Sequence record: PP892525.1
Length of the DNA stretch: 64,000 bases
Source of the DNA: Escherichia phage vB_EcoS_I14
Direction: 5' to 3' (one strand)
The notes beneath the pieces were generated by a model. The model had not been told where the DNA came from and did no database searches. It saw only the letters and a list, made by a program, of their open reading frames with translations. Made by a program: the position numbers and the translations under genes. The first letter of the stretch is position 1. Each line of letters begins with the position of its first letter. Shown here one piece after another: positions 9,624 through 18,535 of the stretch.

Positions 9624-10390
9624 TGTCTCTTTCCGATCTAGCTAAACAAATTATTAAAGAGCAGCTAGATACTGCAGGACGATCTGAAAATAATAAGAAT
9701 ACTGTTGTGTACTCTGTTGAAACAGGGCTAAAAGATCCTACCAGAGATGGTACTGTTGCTCAAGTATCTTTTAAGTTTTCAAAACCTGTATCCCAAGATC
9801 TTCTTGATGTTAGAACAGCCTCTATACTAAAAGCTGTATCCTCTAGTTTAGATCTTTCGGGAGATTTAGGTGCTCTAGAGAATTTAATACAAGCAACCGC
9901 TGGTAAAAAATCCGCTGTAGGTAAAAAACGTTCTACAGGCAGAGTACAGGTAAACTTTGGGGATCCTAGAGACGTGGAGGATGGATACTCAGGTGCAATA
10001 ACAGGTGCTTCCGGACGTTTCGTGTCTAATAGCAATATGAAGGTTATACTAGAGATAGTTGCTAAAGAGTACTTAATAAAGGATATGAAGAAGACAGGAG
10101 CGCCATTAAAATTTAGAACCGGTCGCTTTGCAAATTCTCTAAAAATTAAGGATGTTATGCTTAGAGACGCAGAAACTAGTAAAGGTTCTCCTGAATTGAA
10201 CGTAACATATAATTATATGACTCGTCCATATTCTGTGTTCAACCCCGCAGTATCTACATATAGAAGATTATCTCTACGACCTTATCCTGGCGCTAGAAAC
10301 CCACAAAAACTTATTGGTGAGGCTATAGCAAAAGCTGCAAGAGACCTGATTCACTCCAGATATAAAATTAAGGTTAATCAAGGAACCTAA
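9623..10390 (+). CDS. head-tail connector / tail completion protein (putative)
   Basis: 255 aa, coupled start (TAATG), synteny only. Confidence 0.4.
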   Translation: MSLSDLAKQIIKEQLDTAGRSENNKNTVVYSVETGLKDPTRDGTVAQVSFKFSKPVSQDLLDVRTASILKAVSSSLDLSGDLGALENLIQATAGKKSAVGKKRSTGRVQVNFGDPRDVEDGYSGAITGASGRFVSNSNMKVILEIVAKEYLIKDMKKTGAPLKFRTGRFANSLKIKDVMLRDAETSKGSPELNVTYNYMTRPYSVFNPAVSTYRRLSLRPYPGARNPQKLIGEAIAKAARDLIHSRYKIKVNQGT

Positions 10391-10393
10391 TAA

Positions 10394-10879
10394 ATGGACC
10401 ATAGAACAAGTATTGCACAAGCTATGGTTGACCGAATCTCTAAACAAATGGATGGTTCTCAACCTGATGAATATTTTAATAACCTATACGGAAACGTTTC
10501 TCGTCAAACTTATAAATTTGAGGAAATACGAGAGTTTCCTTATGTGGCAGTTCATATCGGAACTGAAACTGGGCAGTATCTTCCTTCGGGCCAACAGTGG
10601 ATGTTTTTAGAACTTCCAATCCTGGTGTACGATAAAGAGAAAACAGACATTCAAGAGCAACTTGAAAAACTCGTAGCGGATATAAAAACCGTTATTGACA
10701 CAGGTGGAAATTTAGAATATACTGTTAGTAAACCTAATGGATCGACCTTCCCATGTGAGGCAACTGATATGATCATTACATCAGTTAGTACAGATGAGGG
10801 TCTACTGGCCCCGTATGGTTTAGCAGAAATAAATGTAACAGTGAGGTATCAGCCTCCACGTAGGTCACTTCGCAGATAA
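10394..10879 (+). CDS. tail terminator-like protein (putative)
   Basis: 161 aa ORF immediately upstream of tail tube gene; synteny only. Confidence 0.4.
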   Translation: MDHRTSIAQAMVDRISKQMDGSQPDEYFNNLYGNVSRQTYKFEEIREFPYVAVHIGTETGQYLPSGQQWMFLELPILVYDKEKTDIQEQLEKLVADIKTVIDTGGNLEYTVSKPNGSTFPCEATDMIITSVSTDEGLLAPYGLAEINVTVRYQPPRRSLRR

Positions 10880-10905
10880 GTTACAGATTAGGAGAAAATA
10901 ATTAA

Positions 10906-12312
10906 ATGTCTTTACAACTATTACGTAATACTCGAATCTTCGTGTCTACGGTTAAGACTGGTCATAATAAGACCAACACGCAAGAGATTCTAGTTCAGGA
11001 TGATATTTCTTGGGGTCAGGACAGTAACTCAACAGATATTACTGTTAATGAAGCTGGTCCGCGTCCAACTCGTGGTTCTAAACGTTTTAATGACTCTTTA
11101 AACGCGGCTGAGTGGAGTTTCTCTACTTACATCCTGCCATATAAAGATAAAACTACTAACAAACAGATTGTCCCTGACTATATGTTATGGCATGCTCTTT
11201 CTAGTGGTAAAGCTCTTAACCTAGAAGGTGATACAGGAGCACATAATAACGAAACCAATTTTATGGTTAACTTTAAAGATAACGCGTACCACGAACTGGC
11301 AATGCTGCATATCTACATCCTGACTGACAAAGCATGGAGTTACATCGACTCTTGCCAGATCAACCAGGCAGAAGTTAACGTTGATATTGAGGATATTGGT
11401 CGTGTAACTTGGTCAGGTAATGGTAACCAGCTTATTCCTTTGGATGAGCAACCATTTGACCCTGATACTGTAGGTATTGATGATGAAACTTATATGACTA
11501 TTCAGAGTTCTTATATCAAGAACAAGTTGACTATCCTGAAAATTAAGGATATGGATTCTGATAAGGCATATGATATCCCTATTACTGGGGGTACTTTCAC
11601 CATTAATAACAATATTACGTACCTAACCCCGAATATTATGTCCCGTGTAAATATTCCGATCGGTTCATTTACTGGTGCATTTGAATTAACTGGTTCACTA
11701 ACTGCCTATCTAAATGATAAATCTCTTGGTTCTATGGAACTGTACAAAGATCTTATCAAAACCTTGAAGGTAGTTAACAAGTTTGAAATTGCACTTATCC
11801 TTGGTGGTGAGTATGATGATGAACGCCCGGCAGCTGTGTTAGTTGCTAAACAGGCGCATGTTAACATTCCTACTATTGAGACTGATGATGTACTTGGTAC
11901 TTCAGTAGAGTTTAAAGCTATTCCTACAGATCTGGATACTGGTGATGAGGGTTATCTTGGTTTCTCTAACAAGTATACTAAAACCACTATGGCTAATCTG
12001 ATTGCTACAGGAGATGGCGCTAAAACTCCACCAAAACTAGTTGAATCAATCACAGTTAAATCTGCTGGTAATGTCACCTCAGTGGAGAATAGCAATACTC
12101 TACAGATGTCTGTTGAAGTAACTCCACCAGATGCTACTAATAGTGCTGTAACCTGGTCTATTTCTAGTGGTGATGCAGCTACAATTGATCCAGAATCTGG
12201 TCTATTAACTGCGGACACTACTAAGACTGGAGAAGTTACTGTTAAAGCTGTAGCTAAAGACGGTTCTGGTGTAGAAGGTACTAAGAGCATTACAGTTACT
12301 GCGGGTGGCTAA
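10906..12312 (+). CDS. tail tube protein (pb6-like) with C-terminal Ig-like (BIG2-type) domain
   Basis: 468 aa; C-terminal about 90 aa shows Ig-like pattern (VTWSISSGDAATIDPESGLLTA...TVKAVAKDGSG); position before chaperone and tape measure. Confidence 0.85.
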   Translation: MSLQLLRNTRIFVSTVKTGHNKTNTQEILVQDDISWGQDSNSTDITVNEAGPRPTRGSKRFNDSLNAAEWSFSTYILPYKDKTTNKQIVPDYMLWHALSSGKALNLEGDTGAHNNETNFMVNFKDNAYHELAMLHIYILTDKAWSYIDSCQINQAEVNVDIEDIGRVTWSGNGNQLIPLDEQPFDPDTVGIDDETYMTIQSSYIKNKLTILKIKDMDSDKAYDIPITGGTFTINNNITYLTPNIMSRVNIPIGSFTGAFELTGSLTAYLNDKSLGSMELYKDLIKTLKVVNKFEIALILGGEYDDERPAAVLVAKQAHVNIPTIETDDVLGTSVEFKAIPTDLDTGDEGYLGFSNKYTKTTMANLIATGDGAKTPPKLVESITVKSAGNVTSVENSNTLQMSVEVTPPDATNSAVTWSISSGDAATIDPESGLLTADTTKTGEVTVKAVAKDGSGVEGTKSITVTAGG

Positions 12313-12316
12313 TTAA

Positions 12317-13216
12317 ATGTACTACTCTCTAATGAGAGAGTCAAAAGTTATAGTTGAGTATGATGGTAGGGCATTTCATTTTGATGCCCTATCAAACTAT
12401 GATATACAGACTTCCTACGAGGAATTCAAGACTCTTCGTAGGACTGTTCATCGTAGAACTAACTATGCAGACTCTATTATAAATGCTCAAACTCCCTCTT
12501 CTATCTCTCTAGCAGTAAATTTCAGTAATACTCTTACTGAAGCTAACTTCTTTGAATGGTTAGGTTTTGATAGAAAAGGTAATACTTTCTTACTCCCACT
12601 ATATAGTAGTAATATTGAACCTATTATGTTCAATATCTATATAGTAAATAAAGATAATAACTGTGTATATTTTGAAAACTGTTATGTATCTACGGTAGAT
12701 TTTTCTTTAGATAAGAACATACCAATTCTTAATGTTGGTATTGAGTCTGGGAAATTCTCAGAAGTATCTACCTATAGGGAAGCAGCTTCTATTATACAGG
12801 GTGAAGTAATGTCTTACAGCCCAGTAATAGTTTCTACTAATGGCAGCATCTTACCCGGTCTTATTTCTGCCTCTTTATCTTTCCAACAGCAGTGCTCCTG
12901 GAGAGAGGATAAGAGTGTTTTTGATATAAATAAAATTTATAATAATAAAAGAGCCTATGTAACTGAAATGAATGCTTCGGCAACCATCTCTCTATACTAC
13001 TTAAAACGTTTTGCAGGAGATATGGTTTATAATATAGAACCGGAGATAGATGTACCTTTAACGATAAGAAATAATAATATTTCTATAGATTTTCCTTCAG
13101 CACGTATTACAAAACGCCTAGAGTTCTCAGATGTGTATAGAGTTGAGTGGGATATTATACCTACTGCTTCTTCAGACCCAGTGAGAATAGATTTCTTTGG
13201 AGAAATTAAAAAATGA
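12317..13216 (+). CDS. minor tail protein (p140-like)
   Basis: 299 aa ORF between tail tube and chaperone genes; synteny with T5 p140 (recalled). Confidence 0.5.
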   Translation: MYYSLMRESKVIVEYDGRAFHFDALSNYDIQTSYEEFKTLRRTVHRRTNYADSIINAQTPSSISLAVNFSNTLTEANFFEWLGFDRKGNTFLLPLYSSNIEPIMFNIYIVNKDNNCVYFENCYVSTVDFSLDKNIPILNVGIESGKFSEVSTYREAASIIQGEVMSYSPVIVSTNGSILPGLISASLSFQQQCSWREDKSVFDINKIYNNKRAYVTEMNASATISLYYLKRFAGDMVYNIEPEIDVPLTIRNNNISIDFPSARITKRLEFSDVYRVEWDIIPTASSDPVRIDFFGEIKK

Positions 13217-13617
13217 TTAATTTAAAAGATATTACTCTTGATACTCGTACTATTACTCTTTCCTACCCAGGTATGCCGAACTTTAAACTAGAACTTAACT
13301 ACATGTCTCGTGCTACCTCTAAACGTGTTATTTCTTCTGCTAAACGCGATGAATGGGTTAACGGTACTTTGATTCAGGTACAGGATGACGATAAGTTCAT
13401 TGAAGCCTTTGTTGACGCAGCTATTAAAGGCTGGACTGGTTTGACTGTTGGTGACGTTGAAAAACTGATGCTGATTGAAACAGATGCTGATCCTGCTACT
13501 GAAGTTCCTTTTAGCCGCGATAATGCTGTAATGCTCATGCAGAACTCTGCTGCGTTTGATTCTTGGATCAACCAGACAGTGTTCCACTTAGACACTTTTC
13601 GTAGCCCAAAAGCGTAA
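13213..13617 (+). CDS. tail assembly chaperone (putative)
   Basis: 134 aa acidic ORF directly upstream of tape measure region; typical gpG-like position. Confidence 0.5.
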   Translation: MINLKDITLDTRTITLSYPGMPNFKLELNYMSRATSKRVISSAKRDEWVNGTLIQVQDDDKFIEAFVDAAIKGWTGLTVGDVEKLMLIETDADPATEVPFSRDNAVMLMQNSAAFDSWINQTVFHLDTFRSPKA

Positions 13618-13678
13618 AGAACTTCTAGATGCTGTTGCTGATTTTGCAGATAAATGTATTAAAAGCTCAGCATCTAAA

Positions 13679-14047
13679 ATGACTAAACAACAATACTTAA
13701 TACTTTGTGAGTCAATGGGTATAGAACCGGATCCAAAGGCTATGCCAGTTGAACTCGAAGATTTTCCACCTATTGTATCTATTAGTATGAATATTTATAA
13801 CAGTCTAATTGATTGTTTCATACCAGGTGACTTTCCTATTTTTATAGGTAAGGATAAGGCCGCATTAGGTGTTTTATTTGATATTTATGGGATTACTGAT
13901 CCTATAGAAAAAGAATTTGTTCTACACATTATCAATATATTTGATGCTAAAGCTGTAGATGCTGCACGTAAACGTGCTGAGAAGCATAAACCGCAAAACG
14001 GAAGGATTCCTAACGTTAAGCCACATGCTAGATCTCGTGCACGGTAA
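13679..14047 (+). CDS. hypothetical protein, possible frameshift-extension (gpT-like) partner of chaperone
   Basis: 122 aa ORF in the +1 frame relative to 13213..13617; that frame is open from about 13592; no SD before its ATG. Confidence 0.35.
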   Translation: MTKQQYLILCESMGIEPDPKAMPVELEDFPPIVSISMNIYNSLIDCFIPGDFPIFIGKDKAALGVLFDIYGITDPIEKEFVLHIINIFDAKAVDAARKRAEKHKPQNGRIPNVKPHARSRAR

Positions 14048-14082
14048 AAGTTTCCTCCAATGGGCGTTCCACGATGAGGCTT

Positions 14083-14116
14083 GGCTCTGGGTGATTTGCC
14101 CAGAGCCTTTTTTATT
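14083..14116 (+). terminator. rho-independent terminator
   Basis: ggctctggg-tgatttg-cccagagcc 9-bp perfect stem followed by ttttttatt. Confidence 0.7.
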
Positions 14117-14130
14117 GGGAAAAATAAAAC

Positions 14131-17100
14131 ATGACTGATAAGCTAATACGAGAATTACTAATAGACGTTAAACAGAAGGGGGCAACTCGTACTGCAAAGT
14201 CTATTGAAAACGTATCTGATGCGTTGGAAAATGCTGCTGCTGCTTCCGAACTGACAAATGAGCAGTTAGGTAAAATGCCCAAAACTCTTTATTCCATTGA
14301 GAGGGCAGCAGACAGAGCAGCGAAAAGTCTTACTAAAATGCAAGCTAGTAGGGGTATGGCTAGTATCACCAAATCTATTAATGATATTGGTGATAAACTA
14401 GATTACCTAGCTATTCAACTTATTGAAGTAACAGATAAACTAGAAATTGGATTCGATGGAGTTTCTAGATCTGTTAAAACAATGGGTAATGATGTTGCAG
14501 CTGCAACAGAAAAAGTCCAGGATAGATTATACGATACTAATAGAGCATTAGGTGGCACAGCTAGGGGTTTTAATGATACTGCTGGTGCCGCTGGTAGAGC
14601 TTCTAGAGCTATTGGTAATACTTCTGGTTCAGCACGTGGTGCAACTCGTGATTTTGCGGCAATGGCTAAGATCGGTGGTAGTCTACCTATTATGTACGCA
14701 GCTCTTGCTTCCAACATCTTCGTCTTGCAATCAGCATTTGAACAACTTAAACTAGGTGATCAGCTAAATCGTCTAGAAAAATTTGGTGTTATAGTAGGTA
14801 CTCAGACAGGTACTCCTGTTCAGACCCTTGCTAGATCACTACAAGAAGCTGCTGGATATGCTATTTCTTTTGAGGAAGCAATGAGACAGGCATCTTCAGC
14901 ATCTGCTTATGGATTTGATGCCGAACAACTTAATAAATTTGGTTTAGTAGCTCGTCGTGCGGCTGCTGTTCTTGGCGTTGATATGACTGATGCACTTAAC
15001 CGTGTAATTAAGGGCGTATCTAAACAAGAAATCGAACTTCTAGATGAACTTGGGGTCACCATCCGTCTTAATGACGCATACGCTGATTATGTTAAACAGT
15101 TAAATGCTGCAAACACAGGTATAACATATAATGTTAATAGTCTTACCACTTTCCAGAAGCAACAAGCATACGCTAACGCGGTAATTGCTGAATCTACTAA
15201 GCGTTTTGGCTACCTAGATGAAGTACTACGTGCAACTCCATGGGAGCAATTTGCTGCTAATGCAGATGCTGCACTAAGAAAAATACAACAAGCTGCTGCT
15301 AAGTATTTAGGGCCAGTAATTGATGCTATCAACACAGTATTTTACACTTCTCAGGCTTCTATATCTGCTGAAGCAGCTAGGGCCCAAGAAAAAACTAATA
15401 GACAGATAGACCCTACTAACGTTGGTGCTGTTGCTTTAAGTTTAGCTGCTTCTGAAGAAGGCTATAATAAAGCTCTAGATATGTATAAGGAATCTCTTGA
15501 TAAGCGTAATAAGCTAAAATCTGAGTTCGATAAACGAATGGAACAAGCAGATTTCTATACAAAACTAGCTATACGTCAAGTTGGTGAAGGTATTCCTATT
15601 GGTCTTGCAGCAGCAGGTGCTTCGGAGGCCAATAAGCAATTTGTAGCAGAAACTGCAGCTATGGGTCTACAAGTAACTAGACTTGGTAAGGAAGTAGAGG
15701 ATTCTACGGAGAATCTCAATGCTTGGAAATCAGCGTATCAAGCTGCTGGTGCCGCTGCTGCAAAGGCTAGTCCAGAGTTTCAGAAGCAAATTAATCTACA
15801 GAGAGATACTACTGATCCTGATGCTGTATACGATTTTAACTCTACTGTATTAAAAGGACTAACTGAGCAGCAGAAAGCGTACAATCAGACTAAGAAAACT
15901 GCTAGTGACTTAGCTAATGATATACAGAACGTTGCTCAGAATACAGATACTGCTGCTAAAACTAGTGCTACTTTAGCAGATGCTATAAAAAACATAGAGT
16001 CTCTATCTCTAGGTACTGGTAAGAGTGCTGATGAGTACGTTAAAAATCTCAACCTAGGCTACAATACCTTGTCTGAAATGAAAACTGCGTCTCAGGCCTT
16101 ATCTGAGTACGTTAAACTAACTGGTAATGAAACTAAAAATCAGTTAGCAGTTCAACAGAAAATAGCTGATGTATATAATCAAACTAAGGATAAGGAAAAA
16201 GCTCAGGAAGCTGGTAGACGTTTAGAGTTGCAACAGTTAGAAGAGCAAGAAACTGCTTTACGCCGTGTTCTTCAAACAAACCAGGGAAATAAAGCTGTTG
16301 AGAAAGAAATTGAAAAAATTCAGCTGGAGAAACTTAAGCTTACTAATCAGGGTATGGAGGCCCAGAAGAAGGTTAAGGATTACACAGATAAAATCCTGGG
16401 TGTAGATCGTGAGATAGCTCTCTTAAATAACCGTACTATGACAGATACTCAGTACCGTCTAGCACAGTTAAATCTTGAATTGACCATTGAAAAAGAGAAG
16501 TATGAATGGTATACAAAACAAGCTGATAAGCAGAAAGAAGCTGAGCAATCTAGACGTGCCCAAGCCCAAATTGAACGTGAAATCTGGAAATTCCGCCAAG
16601 ATCAGATTGCTTCAATGGCTGCTGGTAGAGAGGAAGAACAGCAAAGACAATTTACTGCTAAACCATTAATGGGAAATGCGGAGCGCTTACAGGAACAGCT
16701 AAAATTATATGAAGACTTAAAGCAGAAAACATTAGGTAATGCTGCGGCACAAGCGGAATATAATAAAAAGATAGCTGAAACTAGGGCACAACTAGCAGGT
16801 TTAAGGGCACAGAGAAATGCGGAGATGCAAGCTTCTGTTGGATCTTCTTTAGGTGCTGTGTACACTCCTACAACTGGACTATCAGGGGAAGACAAAGATT
16901 TTGCTGATATGGGAAATAGAATGGCTTCTTATGATCAGGCAATCTCTAAGTTATCTGAGCTAAACTCCGAAGCAACTGCTGTGGCTCAAAGCATGGGTAA
17001 TTTAACTAATGCTTTGATTCAGTTCTCAATGAAATCATTAGATACTACTTCCACGATCGCAGCAGGTATGCAAGCTGTATCTTCTGTGATTCAGTATAGT

Positions 17101-17811
17101 GCTAGTCAGCAGGTTAGTGCCATTGATCAGGCTATTGCAGCAGAGCAGAAACGTGATGGTAAATCAGAAGCATCTAAAGCTAAATTGAAGAAGTTGGAAG
17201 CTGAAAAGCTGAAGATTCAACAAGACGCAGCTAAGAAGCAGATTATCATCCAAACTGCAGTAGCTGTAATGCAGGCGGCAACGGCTGTTCCATACCCGTT
17301 CTCTATTCCTTTGATGGTGGCGGCAGGTTTGGCTGGTGCCTTAGCTCTTGCTCAAGCATCTTCTGCATCTGGTATGTCAAGTATTGCTGATTCTGGAGCG
17401 GATACAACTAGTTACCTAACCTTAGGAGAGCGTCAGAAGAATATAGATGTGTCTATGTCTGCTAATGCTGGTGAATTATCTTATATCCGTGGCGATAAAG
17501 GCTTAGGCGGTGCTAACTCTTTCGTTCCTCGTGCTGAGGGTGGTAACATGTACCCAGGGGTTAGCTATCAAATGGGTGAGCATGGTACAGAAGTAGTTAC
17601 ACCTATGGTTCCTATGAAAGCTACACCTAATGATGAGCTAAAAACCTCATCTAACTCAACTTCAGGAAGACCTATCATCCTGAATATTAGTGCTATGGAT
17701 GCTGCAAGTTTTAGAGAGTTTGCTTCTAGTAATAGTAGTGCTCTAAGAGACGCAGTAGAATTAGCTCTGAATGAGAACGGTGCTAGTCTGAAAACATTAG
17801 GAAATTCTTAA
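14131..17811 (+). CDS. tape measure protein (pb2-like)
   Basis: 1226 aa, long alpha-helical/coiled-coil Ala/Gln/Lys-rich protein with hydrophobic segment near C-terminus; position and size match T5 pb2. Confidence 0.9.
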   Translation: MTDKLIRELLIDVKQKGATRTAKSIENVSDALENAAAASELTNEQLGKMPKTLYSIERAADRAAKSLTKMQASRGMASITKSINDIGDKLDYLAIQLIEVTDKLEIGFDGVSRSVKTMGNDVAAATEKVQDRLYDTNRALGGTARGFNDTAGAAGRASRAIGNTSGSARGATRDFAAMAKIGGSLPIMYAALASNIFVLQSAFEQLKLGDQLNRLEKFGVIVGTQTGTPVQTLARSLQEAAGYAISFEEAMRQASSASAYGFDAEQLNKFGLVARRAAAVLGVDMTDALNRVIKGVSKQEIELLDELGVTIRLNDAYADYVKQLNAANTGITYNVNSLTTFQKQQAYANAVIAESTKRFGYLDEVLRATPWEQFAANADAALRKIQQAAAKYLGPVIDAINTVFYTSQASISAEAARAQEKTNRQIDPTNVGAVALSLAASEEGYNKALDMYKESLDKRNKLKSEFDKRMEQADFYTKLAIRQVGEGIPIGLAAAGASEANKQFVAETAAMGLQVTRLGKEVEDSTENLNAWKSAYQAAGAAAAKASPEFQKQINLQRDTTDPDAVYDFNSTVLKGLTEQQKAYNQTKKTASDLANDIQNVAQNTDTAAKTSATLADAIKNIESLSLGTGKSADEYVKNLNLGYNTLSEMKTASQALSEYVKLTGNETKNQLAVQQKIADVYNQTKDKEKAQEAGRRLELQQLEEQETALRRVLQTNQGNKAVEKEIEKIQLEKLKLTNQGMEAQKKVKDYTDKILGVDREIALLNNRTMTDTQYRLAQLNLELTIEKEKYEWYTKQADKQKEAEQSRRAQAQIEREIWKFRQDQIASMAAGREEEQQRQFTAKPLMGNAERLQEQLKLYEDLKQKTLGNAAAQAEYNKKIAETRAQLAGLRAQRNAEMQASVGSSLGAVYTPTTGLSGEDKDFADMGNRMASYDQAISKLSELNSEATAVAQSMGNLTNALIQFSMKSLDTTSTIAAGMQAVSSVIQYSASQQVSAIDQAIAAEQKRDGKSEASKAKLKKLEAEKLKIQQDAAKKQIIIQTAVAVMQAATAVPYPFSIPLMVAAGLAGALALAQASSASGMSSIADSGADTTSYLTLGERQKNIDVSMSANAGELSYIRGDKGLGGANSFVPRAEGGNMYPGVSYQMGEHGTEVVTPMVPMKATPNDELKTSSNSTSGRPIILNISAMDAASFREFASSNSSALRDAVELALNENGASLKTLGNS

Positions 17812-17818
17812 AACTGGA

Positions 17819-17845
17819 GGAGGACTTTGAGTCCTCCTTTTCTTT
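17819..17845 (+). terminator. rho-independent terminator after tape measure gene
   Basis: ggaggac-tttga-gtcctcc hairpin followed by ttttcttt. Confidence 0.7.
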
Positions 17846-17864
17846 ATGGAAAAATAAAAATTTC

Positions 17865-17893
17865 TTGATAAAATTTTCTAATACTATTATAAT
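17865..17893 (+). promoter_or_regulatory. strong sigma70 consensus-like promoter inside late operon (TTGATA-17-TATAAT)
   Basis: cttgataaaattttctaatactattataat; followed by AT-rich leader and strong RBS aaagaggagaaattaactATG at 17903..17923. Confidence 0.6.
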
Positions 17894-17920
17894 ATTGTTA
17901 TTAAAGAGGAGAAATTAACT

Positions 17921-18535
17921 ATGAGATTACCAGACCCATACACGAATCCAGAACTTTCAGGCTTAGGATTCGAAAGTGTTAACCTGATTGATAATGACCC
18001 AGTAATTCGTGATGAGTTACCAAATGGTAAAGTTAACGAAGTTAAGGTATCCGCTCAATACTGGGGTATAAATATTTCTTACCCAGAATTATTTCCAGAT
18101 GAATATAGTGTTCTAGATGCTTTTATTCTAGAATACAAAAGGACTGGTGGTTATATAGATGTTATATTACCACAATACGAAGCTTTTAGAGTTAGAGGTA
18201 ATACTAGTCTAGTAAATATACCTGCTGGACAGAAGGGTTCTAATATAACTATGGATACAAAAGGACTTCTTACAGGTACTCCAAAACCGGGGGATCTATT
18301 TAAGCTGTCTAACCACCCAAAAGTATATAAAATAACATCATTTAATAAATCAGGTAATACATGGTCCATAAACTTATACCCTGATTTATTTATAACTACT
18401 ACTGGAGCGGAGAAGCCAGTATTTAATGGAATACTATTTAGAACAAAACTCATGAATGGTGATGCTTTTGGATCTACACTAAATAATAATGGAACATACT
18501 CCAACATCTCATTAAACTTACGGGAAAGTCTATGA
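17921..18535 (+). CDS. distal tail protein (Dit, pb9-like)
   Basis: 204 aa ORF after tape measure; length equals T5 pb9 (recalled); strong RBS. Confidence 0.7.
   Translation: MRLPDPYTNPELSGLGFESVNLIDNDPVIRDELPNGKVNEVKVSAQYWGINISYPELFPDEYSVLDAFILEYKRTGGYIDVILPQYEAFRVRGNTSLVNIPAGQKGSNITMDTKGLLTGTPKPGDLFKLSNHPKVYKITSFNKSGNTWSINLYPDLFITTTGAEKPVFNGILFRTKLMNGDAFGSTLNNNGTYSNISLNLRESL

Noticed and set aside
13605-13611. CCCAAAA as a -1 slippery site for a G/GT-type chaperone fusion
   Set aside because: A -1 shift here enters a frame that stops after 5 codons, so it cannot generate the downstream ORF; only a +1/-2 event could, so this is kept only as a low-confidence finding.
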